Source: Deltaproteobacteria bacterium (GTDB lineage Bacteria > Myxococcota_A > UBA9160 > SMWR01). From it: a stretch of DNA of 21,531 nt. Location of the stretch: positions 1 to 21,531 of the forward strand of contig JAQBGU010000192.1 of the NCBI GenBank assembly GCA_032128375.1, read 5' to 3'. A model generated the notes under the pieces. The model saw only the letters and a list, made by a program, of their open reading frames with translations. It made no database searches and was not told the DNA's origin. The translations under genes were made by a program, and so were the position numbers. Positions 14,270 to 21,531 of this stretch are shown piece by piece; the first letter of the stretch is position 1, and each line of letters starts with the position of its first letter.

Positions 14270-15593
14270 AATCACCCGATTCCGCCCTCGTCCCCCAGCG
14301 TCGCATGGCGGCGTACACGGGCAGTCCTGCCAGCAGCGTGGCCAAACCCAACAGCGCTTCGTCGGGCTTGCGCGCGACCAGAAATGCCGATGCGCCCGAG
14401 GTTCCGAACAGATACACGATTGGAACCCACGGGTAGCCCGGAATCGGAACGTGCTCTGCCCCCTCGCGCCAGCGCATCGACACGAGCCCCATCACGGTCG
14501 CGATGGCGGAAACCCCGAGCATGAAACCGATGTACGAAAACAGCTGTTGGAGGTTCGCGCTCCAAACCACCGCGATCGCCAATGCGGCCTGCAACGCGAC
14601 CGCGTCACTCGGCACGTCGCCCGGCCTGAATATGCGCGGGAACAGGCCGTCTTCGGCCATGCGCACATACACACGCGGTCCGGTCATGACCATCGACGAG
14701 ATCGACGTAAATAGCGCCAGCGCCACCAATGCGGAGAGCGCGCGGCGCAGGCCCTGGCCGCCGAGGGCTTCGGCGGCGGCGGCGCCAATGTCGACGCGTC
14801 CGGCGAGATCCGCCAGTGGCGCCGAGTACACGAATACCGCGTTCAACGCGAGGTAGAGCGCCGTCACGATCAGCGTGCCCATCAACAACGATCGTGGAAG
14901 GTTGCGATCGGGGTCGCTGACCTCGCCGCCCACATACACCGCTGCGTTCCAACCCGAATAGGCAAACGAGATCCAGACCAGCGTTACCGCGAAGGCTCCG
15001 ATGTCGAACGTTGGCGACACGGGTTCCGGCGCGGCGGCCTGGACGCCGAGCAGATAGGCGCCGAGACCGACAAAGATCCCGATCGCAGCCAGCTTGATAC
15101 CGACCGCGACGTTTTGGACGATCAGACCCCCCTCGACACGGACCGCGTGCATCGAGGCCGCCAGTACGATCGCAGCCGTTCCGATCCACTCGGGTCGCAC
15201 TGAGGCAGCTGGCGCCGAACCGAGCGCGGAACCCAGATAAACCTGCAGGCCGATAGCAGCGGCTGCGATCGGCGCCGTGAATCCGGCAAACAGCGATACC
15301 CAACCGGCTAGGAATCCCGCGAGTGGGTGCACCGTTTCGGCAAGGAAGGTGTACTCCCCACCCGAGCGCGGGATTCTTCTTGCGAGTGCGCCGTAACTCA
15401 ATGCACCGCAGAGCGCGAGAAGACCACCCACAGCCCAAGCGGCGAGCACGACGTTTCGGTTCCCCAGATCGGCAAGCGAGAAGCCCGAAGTCGTGAACAC
15501 GCCGGTCCCGAGCATGTTGGCGATCACGAGGAACACCGCGCTCAATAGACCGATGCGCCGGCGGTGGGCCGTGTCGTTGGGGCTACTCGTCAA
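14247..15593 (-). CDS. APC-superfamily amino acid permease (448 aa)
   Basis: NMLGTGVF, PRSGGEY, FAYSGWNA, P.RNLPRS and GPRVY..MAEDG, with about 12 hydrophobic segments. Overlaps the GST 3' end by 23 bp. Confidence 0.93.
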   Translation of the reverse strand: MTSSPNDTAHRRRIGLLSAVFLVIANMLGTGVFTTSGFSLADLGNRNVVLAAWAVGGLLALCGALSYGALARRIPRSGGEYTFLAETVHPLAGFLAGWVSLFAGFTAPIAAAAIGLQVYLGSALGSAPAASVRPEWIGTAAIVLAASMHAVRVEGGLIVQNVAVGIKLAAIGIFVGLGAYLLGVQAAAPEPVSPTFDIGAFAVTLVWISFAYSGWNAAVYVGGEVSDPDRNLPRSLLMGTLIVTALYLALNAVFVYSAPLADLAGRVDIGAAAAEALGGQGLRRALSALVALALFTSISSMVMTGPRVYVRMAEDGLFPRIFRPGDVPSDAVALQAALAIAVVWSANLQQLFSYIGFMLGVSAIATVMGLVSMRWREGAEHVPIPGYPWVPIVYLFGTSGASAFLVARKPDEALLGLATLLAGLPVYAAMRRWGTRAESGDFKRKRLR

Positions 15594-15682
15594 CTGGATC
15601 GACGGGTGGTCTCGGCCGGTACTTCTTTAAGGTCCGGCGGCTCGATCAGATGCGGGTCACGATCGATGATTCTGTATGTCAC
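15590..15682 (-). pseudogene. N-terminal remnant of an amidohydrolase-family gene (30 codons)
   Basis: From GTG 15682: (M)TYRIIDRDPHLIEPPDL, matching the I(I)DxDxHxxEPxDL(W) start of Amidohydro_2-type proteins, then a stop at 15590-15592. Confidence 0.6.
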
Positions 15683-15957
15683 TGTGGGGGTTTCCCGTTC
15701 ATGGTCGGCCCATTCACTCTTGGGCCATGGACTTTCGGCGCATGTAAGGTCGGACAAAGGGTGGATCGTAACACGAAGGCTGCAATCGTGGAGCAGCAGA
15801 TGCACGCTGGCTGCGCCCGAGTTGATTCCAGCCTCAGCACAATCCCCGATATGCATCCGGCGGCTGGGTCCCGAGTTTCACTGGAATGCGTTCAGAAAAT
15901 CCGCACACGTGCAGAGTTTCCTTAATCTCTCGCGGCCATTGTGCCGACTCATGCGAG

Positions 15958-17142
15958 GTGCGCGTACTGGTTGCAGACGATGATCCGATCCAGCGCGATC
16001 GGCTCAAGATCTCGTTGGAAGGTTGGGGATACGATGTCGTGTGCGTCGCCAACGGGCGCGACGCATGGGAGCAGCTGCGGGGCGACGACACGTTCTCGAT
16101 TCTGGTGACCGATTGGTTGATGCCGGAACTCGACGGCACCGAGCTATGCCGTCTGGTTCGCCAGTCGCCGCGGAGTCGCTACCTGCCGATCCTGCTGTTG
16201 ACGTCACGAACGCGACACGAGGATCTCGTCGAGGGGCTCAATGCGGGAGCCGATGCGTTCCTCACCAAACCGTTCGATCGAGCGCTGTTGCTCGCGCAGA
16301 TTCGAACCGCGGAACGCATCTTGGAGCTCGAACACCGGCTCGCGACTCGAGTCGATGAGCTTCGACGCGTCAACCAGCGGCTCGAGGCCGACCTTTCGGC
16401 AGCGGCCGAAGTGCAGGTGTCACTGCTTCCCGAGCCAGCGCCCCGTATCAACGGCGTAGATTTCGGATGGGTTTACGAAGCCTGCGACCAGCTCGGCGGC
16501 GATATGTTCAACGTGTTTGCGCTCGACGATCGACACGTAGGAATGTATGTGCTGGACGTCTCGGGTCACGGAACGCCGGCGGCGCTGCAATCGGTCACTC
16601 TGAGCCATGTGCTGACGCCTTTTGACGTCCCCGGTGCTGTGCTCAAGCGCGGAAACCGGCGACGAAAGCGCTACTCCGTGGTGCCGCCCGCCGATGTTGC
16701 CCGCAAGCTGAACGCCCATTTCCCGCTGATTGAACGTTCGGGTCAGTTTTTCTCGTTTCTGTACGGGGTACTCGATGTGAAGACGCGCCTGGTTCGCTAC
16801 GTCTGCGCCGGGCATCCATGTCCCATCGTCGCGTCGAATGGTCGCGTGCGCTGTTTGGAAAAGGGCGACGGGATTCCGATCGGGATCAGCGACGATGCCG
16901 TGTACAACGAGCAGCAGGTTCAACTCCAGGCTGGCGACCAAATGATCTTCTACACCGATGGCGTGCTCGAGACGCTGAGTCGCTCCCGTGAGGCCTTTGG
17001 GCTCGACCGGCTGGTTGCCGCACTATCGCAGCGGGTACCGATTGCCGAGAACTTGTCGAGATTGCAAGCGCGGTTGGAACAGTTCGGGGATGGAGAACCC
17101 GGTCACGACGATGTCACGATCGTCGGACTCGAGGTAAGCTGA
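15958..17142 (+). CDS. Response regulator with PP2C/SpoIIE phosphatase output (RsbU/RsbP-like, about 394 aa)
   Basis: REC domain VLVADDD, VTDWLMP and LTKPF; coiled coil; PP2C motifs GGD, DVSGHG, AGH, YTDG and HDDVT. Start GTG 15958 is inferred. Confidence 0.92.
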   Translation: MRVLVADDDPIQRDRLKISLEGWGYDVVCVANGRDAWEQLRGDDTFSILVTDWLMPELDGTELCRLVRQSPRSRYLPILLLTSRTRHEDLVEGLNAGADAFLTKPFDRALLLAQIRTAERILELEHRLATRVDELRRVNQRLEADLSAAAEVQVSLLPEPAPRINGVDFGWVYEACDQLGGDMFNVFALDDRHVGMYVLDVSGHGTPAALQSVTLSHVLTPFDVPGAVLKRGNRRRKRYSVVPPADVARKLNAHFPLIERSGQFFSFLYGVLDVKTRLVRYVCAGHPCPIVASNGRVRCLEKGDGIPIGISDDAVYNEQQVQLQAGDQMIFYTDGVLETLSRSREAFGLDRLVAALSQRVPIAENLSRLQARLEQFGDGEPGHDDVTIVGLEVS

Positions 17143-17157
17143 GCCGCGCACGCCGCG

Positions 17158-17472
17158 TCAATCTCTGTCATCGGGCACGATCAGCCACGCGATCGTCGCA
17201 CCCCAGCCGCCCTGGTGGGCTGGCGCATCCACAAATCGCTCGACGCCGGCGTGATTCGACAGAATTTGTTGGACCCTGTGGCGCTGTACCCCCTTGCCGC
17301 GACCGTGGATCAGCCTCACCTCGCGAAAGCCCTTCTCGATCGCGGCTTCGATGTAACCCTCGACGACGTCGCGAATTTCCTTCGGGAGGAACAGGTGTAG
17401 ATCGATCGATTCTTCGATCGGGATCACGATCGTTCCGGGAAACGGGCATTCGAAGTCAGTCGGGTCGGTCAC
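17158..17472 (-). CDS. Stand-alone Smr/MutS2-domain protein (104 aa)
   Basis: IDLH, EVRLIHGRGKGVQR and GGWGAT. Confidence 0.92.
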   Translation of the reverse strand: MTDPTDFECPFPGTIVIPIEESIDLHLFLPKEIRDVVEGYIEAAIEKGFREVRLIHGRGKGVQRHRVQQILSNHAGVERFVDAPAHQGGWGATIAWLIVPDDRD

Positions 17473-17511
17473 CTGGTTGTCTGAAAGCCCCTTGGACGTC
17501 CACCCACTTCT

Positions 17512-18936
17512 TCAATAGATCAACTCGAAGTCGAACGGCAAATCCCCCGCGAGCCATTTGTCGAGTCGCTGGAGCTCGGGGTCGTCGGGGAATTGTGTGC
17601 GTAGCTGTTCGAGTAGGCTCGCGGCGATTTCTTTTCGCTCGTTCATGACCTCTGCCACGATGCGAATTCGGAGTTCCTGGGCGCCCAGTGTGGGATTTTC
17701 GGCGAGGATCGCTTCGGGCAGGGGCAGCGCTCCGGGCTCGCGCCACGCACCGGTCGGTATCGCTCGCTCGCGCATGAAATTGAATACAGAGCGCGCCAGC
17801 AGTTGCTGGCCGGCCAGGTTGGGGTGCAGGAAATCCACGAACAAGTTGAAGCCGACCAGGCCGTGCGGGCTGTTGGCTTGGAAGATGGATTCGATATCCA
17901 GTATCAGCTCTCCGTTGCGTTCGGCGAGATCCATCACCAGAGCGTTGCGGGCGGGCGTGGTGCCGAAGTTGGCGTTGAAGGTGTTCTGGGCGAGCCGGTA
18001 TTGCTCGCGCGCATGCTCCAGGTGGCCCTCAGCGCGGAAGGCCTCCGCGCGCTGGTGGTGCTCGATGGCCTGCGCAGCGATCGGGTCTCGAGCGTCACCG
18101 ACAACTGGCCAGTCCGCGTAGTTCTTGCTCTGCGTCAGGAACAGCACCGACGCATCACTGCGTTGGGCGGCGCGCACGATCTGTTCCAGGTTGGTTTCGA
18201 ACATCGCCAGCGCCAAGCGACGCTGGTGGGCTGGATCGCGCTCGCGGTCGCGCCAGTATTTTGAAGCCAGCGGGCCGACCAGGGGGACGTAGAGCTTTTC
18301 GCCGTCGACTTCGGCCCGATCTGCGGGTTGGAAGGTACGAATCGCGTCGATGAGTAACACGTACAGGTGGACGCGCCGCAGTTTCTGCTGCAGCTCGAAG
18401 ACCCAAATTGGGTAGTCGAACAGGTGTGAATAGAGCCGTTGTTCAATCAGTTCGTTGTGTCCTGTCGAGACGATGAACAAGTCGGGTTCGTGGGCAGCGA
18501 CTTCCTCAGCGAGATACAACAAGCGCCGACTCGCGTAGCCGGGGGCAGCACAGTTGATGACTTCGACGCTGCGCCCGGGAAGCGCTGCCGTGAGCAGTCT
18601 GCGCAGGAATTCGGCGAAGCTGAAGTCGTAGCCGTAGGGTGTGCCCGCTTCGCTCGAGCCGCCGAACACAAATACCCGAAAGCCGTTCTGCGGCTTATCG
18701 GCCAAGAAGTGACGCGTGGCAGGGTTTCCGTCCTCTGACGCCACGAAACGTGTTACGCCGTCGGCTTCGATTGAGCGGGTGAACATGGGCGCCAGCCGCG
18801 AGAAGCCGGCGAACGGGTCCGGACGGTCGCGATAGTCTCCCCATCCTCCTGCACGGCACAGCAGTTCCGCGGCCAACAAGGGCAAAAACCCGAGCAGCAC
18901 AGCGATCGTCCGCGGGGCGCTCAGGACGATGGACAT
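17512..18936 (-). CDS. Membrane-anchored SGNH/GDSL hydrolase-like protein with TPR-like helices (474 aa)
   Basis: GAGAGGA before ATG 18936. N-terminal TM, blocks VFGGSS, INCAAPGYAS, TGHNE and FVDFLHPN..G; TPR-like AEAFRAEGHLEHAREQYRLA. Confidence 0.85.
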   Translation of the reverse strand: MSIVLSAPRTIAVLLGFLPLLAAELLCRAGGWGDYRDRPDPFAGFSRLAPMFTRSIEADGVTRFVASEDGNPATRHFLADKPQNGFRVFVFGGSSEAGTPYGYDFSFAEFLRRLLTAALPGRSVEVINCAAPGYASRRLLYLAEEVAAHEPDLFIVSTGHNELIEQRLYSHLFDYPIWVFELQQKLRRVHLYVLLIDAIRTFQPADRAEVDGEKLYVPLVGPLASKYWRDRERDPAHQRRLALAMFETNLEQIVRAAQRSDASVLFLTQSKNYADWPVVGDARDPIAAQAIEHHQRAEAFRAEGHLEHAREQYRLAQNTFNANFGTTPARNALVMDLAERNGELILDIESIFQANSPHGLVGFNLFVDFLHPNLAGQQLLARSVFNFMRERAIPTGAWREPGALPLPEAILAENPTLGAQELRIRIVAEVMNERKEIAASLLEQLRTQFPDDPELQRLDKWLAGDLPFDFELIY

Positions 18937-19493
18937 CGATTCGAATCGGTCCTCTCTATTAGGGGGTAGACCCGCTATTGGGGGGGGAGGCCCGCGCATT
19001 CGCCGACCCAATGACTGAATCGGCGCTGCCAGATCATAGAGGACTCGAAACATCGCGATGCAAGATCTGCGAGATGCAATTCAATCAAACGTTTTTTTCG
19101 TTGAAATTCACCCATATGGGGGCATTCTTGCGAATTCGATTTGCCCTTTTTGGAGGGCGCCAAGCGGTTGGCGATGGGCCAAATTAGGGCCGTAGAGAGC
19201 CAGGGGGAGAACGTGGGCGCAATGGCAACAAGTGAGTGGGTACAAAAACTCGGGCTTTCTCGACTCGAGGTGTGTCCACGACACGAACTCTCCCACGCTC
19301 AAAGCCGGATAGGGCCAATCATCCCATAAGTCCGCATTCCCTTCCCATGGTTGGTTCTCGGGCCCGCTCGAAAGAGCGGGCTCACCGGTATCTTGGGGCT
19401 GGTATCGGTCGGCTTGGCCGGGCGATAATGGGGCCGGCAGGGGGAATGACTTCCGCTCCGGGAAGTTTGGGCCTGCCGCGGCACCCAATTGTC

Positions 19494-20645
19494 ATGGGAT
19501 ACAACGAGCGTCTCCAGATCGTCATCGATCTCATCTACGAGGCGGCGATCAAGCCAGCTACGTGGAGCGATGTGGCTGATGAGATGGCTGAATTGTTCAA
19601 CGGGTCGGCGGTGATGATCGGCATCGGGTTGCCCGACGATGGACGCATTGAACCGACCTACAGCTCGGGGATGCTCGCCGAGTTCGCCAGCGGATACACC
19701 GAACATCTCGTCAACGGGTTGCCTTGGAAAAACACCTACGCGCGCACCTTCACCGATCGATTCGGCCGCATGGACGAGGTCTTCCCCGATGTCGAACTCT
19801 GCGAGAGCGACTTCTACCGCACCTTCTTCGAACCGCAGGACCTGGCGCCCGAGTGGCCGATCGGCCACACGATTGCGATCGACGGGGGACGCGTTGTCGG
19901 CGGGCTCGGTATCTACCGGCGGCTGAACAACAACCTGGGCCCGTACAGCAAAGATGATCTCGCGCTGGGCGATGTGTTGGTCCGACATCTTTCTCGCGCG
20001 CTCGTTGTGTATACAACACTCAGTGGTGTTCGAAGGGAACGGCTCGCGATGGGCGAAGTCATGGATCGGCTCCCGACGGGTGTCATCCTGCTGAATGCGT
20101 CTCGCGAAGCTGTAGTCACCAATCAATCGGCCGATCGGATCATTGCGCAACGGGACGGCTTCCGCGTGGATGCTGGCGGGCCGGGTGCTGCCAACGCGCG
20201 GGAAAACGCGCTGATGCAGAAGATCCTCGCAGATGTTCTCGACGCTCCGCCCGGCCACGAACTCCAAAACACCGGCTTTCTCGCGGTGACGCGACCTTCC
20301 GGCAAGCGCGCCTATGCGCTGATGCTGACGCCACTGATGGCGGTTCCAGTCGGCGGCCAGACCCAAGATGCGATTGCAGCGATCTTCATCAGCGATCCGG
20401 ATTCCGGCCTCGCATCTGCCTCCGAAGTGCTCGAGACCATCTATTCACTGACGCACTCAGAAGCCGAACTGGTTCGATTGCTCTCTCAAGGAATGTCGCT
20501 CGAGGAGGCAGCAGCGGCGCGCGGGGTCGCGATCGCCACGGCGCGCAGTCATCTCAAGCACGTGTTCTCGAAGACCGACACAAAACGCCAAGGAGAACTG
20601 GTCCGGCTGGTATTGGCCGGGGTTGCGTCGTTTGGGGACGAATAG
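19494..20645 (+). CDS. LuxR-family HTH regulator with GAF/PAS-like sensory regions (about 383 aa)
   Basis: IDLIYEAA..P..W, MDRLPTGVILLN...NQSA, and C-terminal YSLTHSEAELV..L..G.SLEEAA..RGV...TARSHLK.VFSKT.T.RQ.ELV. Confidence 0.9.
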   Translation: MGYNERLQIVIDLIYEAAIKPATWSDVADEMAELFNGSAVMIGIGLPDDGRIEPTYSSGMLAEFASGYTEHLVNGLPWKNTYARTFTDRFGRMDEVFPDVELCESDFYRTFFEPQDLAPEWPIGHTIAIDGGRVVGGLGIYRRLNNNLGPYSKDDLALGDVLVRHLSRALVVYTTLSGVRRERLAMGEVMDRLPTGVILLNASREAVVTNQSADRIIAQRDGFRVDAGGPGAANARENALMQKILADVLDAPPGHELQNTGFLAVTRPSGKRAYALMLTPLMAVPVGGQTQDAIAAIFISDPDSGLASASEVLETIYSLTHSEAELVRLLSQGMSLEEAAAARGVAIATARSHLKHVFSKTDTKRQGELVRLVLAGVASFGDE

Positions 20646-20750
20646 CGTCGAGCAGTCCTCGAAATGGGCTGCCGTCTTTCGGTCGCAGGTCGCAGGTCTT
20701 AGTTCTAGGGATTCGCTCGGAGCTTGCGCATCCGGGAAAGGCGGGGCGGA

Positions 20751-21143
20751 TTACTCGTCCCACTCGAAACCGGGGATCGGCTGGTAGCGCGGCTCAGGGC
20801 TCAGAATCGCGATCGGAATCGGCGCGAGCACCATGTCGAGCGCGCCCATCCCGGTACGGTAGGCGAACATGATCGTGCCCTGGATCATTCCGATAAAGCG
20901 CGCGCTGACCACGCTGGCCGGAAGTGTCTCGTACTCCTCGGGCGGCGTCACGACACTCATCACCGGGTCGGCGGGAGCCGTGATGACCGAGTTCAAACCG
21001 GTCAAGAAATGGCTGCCCGTCGAGGAGAAATATTCGCCGACACTTTCGCCGAATTCGGCCATGTCTGCCGCAGCACTGGTGGCGAACGCGATGGTAGCCA
21101 GCAGCGCCAGCGTGATGCTGTGTTGTCGCATTGACGGTCGCAT
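20751..21143 (-). CDS. Small secreted protein, resembles exosortase system-associated (TIGR04073-like) proteins (about 130 aa)
   Basis: GAGGGG SD and signal peptide ending SAAA. Segments F..GLNSV.TAP and GMIQG.....YRT..GA.D.V.AP.P. The CDS is confident; the family link is by eye only. Confidence 0.6.
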   Translation of the reverse strand: MRPSMRQHSITLALLATIAFATSAAADMAEFGESVGEYFSSTGSHFLTGLNSVITAPADPVMSVVTPPEEYETLPASVVSARFIGMIQGTIMFAYRTGMGALDMVLAPIPIAILSPEPRYQPIPGFEWDE

Positions 21144-21289
21144 GGGTCGCATCCCCTCTTTCAGTATCCCAATTCCAAGTCCCAATCCAACGCTCGGGTG
21201 GCCGTATCGCGCCGATCATCAGTCTGACTACGACGGCGGCCATTCTCCCACGACCGGACGCAATCTTCAAGGAGCGATTAGCGACGGAC

Positions 21290-21371
21290 GCCGACCCAAT
21301 GCCGACCCGACCCAAAGCCGACCCAAAGCTGACCCATAGCCGATCAGGAGCCGGCCCAAGACCGGTCTCAA
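21290..21371. repeat. Degenerate 11-bp tandem array (consensus GCCGACCCAAA), about 7 units
   Basis: GCCGACCCAAT, GCCGACCCGACCCAAA, GCCGACCCAAA, GCTGACCCATA, GCCGATCAGGA, GCCGGCCCAAG, ACCGGTCTCAA. Confidence 0.8.
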
Positions 21372-21531
21372 AGAGCGCCGTCGGCCCTACCGGGCCGGTC
21401 AGTCAGGTCCGCTATGGTCCCGCGCGGATGATGTGTCGACCCGCTCGAACCCGCGTGCTCTACATCGCTGTGCTGATGGGGTGTTGCGTCGTAGCGTGCA
21501 GCAACCCGGGCATGGTGCCCCAGCATGAAGA

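Noticed and set aside
1..21531. CRISPR array, IS/transposase, integrase, rRNA, or a second copy of the tRNA-Lys att core
   Set aside because: No repeat-spacer structure, recombinase motifs or second GCGGCCCACCA-like copy noticed by eye.

Overview
GC-rich bacterial DNA with two parts. The left ~4.3 kb looks accessory. It holds the end of a TonB/TolA C-terminal-like gene and an orphan 3' half of tRNA-Lys(UUU) flanked on both sides by a near-identical 13-bp direct repeat, which is att-site-like; no integrase is seen in the window. It also has a hairpin-dense non-coding stretch, an AlkB-type dioxygenase damaged by a repeat expansion and a frameshift, a sigma54-driven IPTL-CTERM-like surface protein and two small hypothetical genes. 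The rest is ordinary chromosome: a LolA-like protein convergent with an MMPL/RND transporter, a non-canonical (Thr/His) sulfatase-like lipoprotein, transketolase, a split-barrel oxidoreductase-like protein, a ferritin-like protein, a GST-family protein, an APC permease preceded by a 30-codon amidohydrolase remnant, a REC-PP2C phosphatase, a stand-alone Smr protein, an SGNH hydrolase, a LuxR-type regulator and a small secreted protein. Several short tandem-repeat arrays lie in intergenic regions. The gene content suggests a Myxococcota/deltaproteobacterial-type host (inference only). I see no clearly new multi-gene system; the best leads are the att-like site and the structured DNA next to it. 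All family calls come from motif recognition by eye, not database searches.
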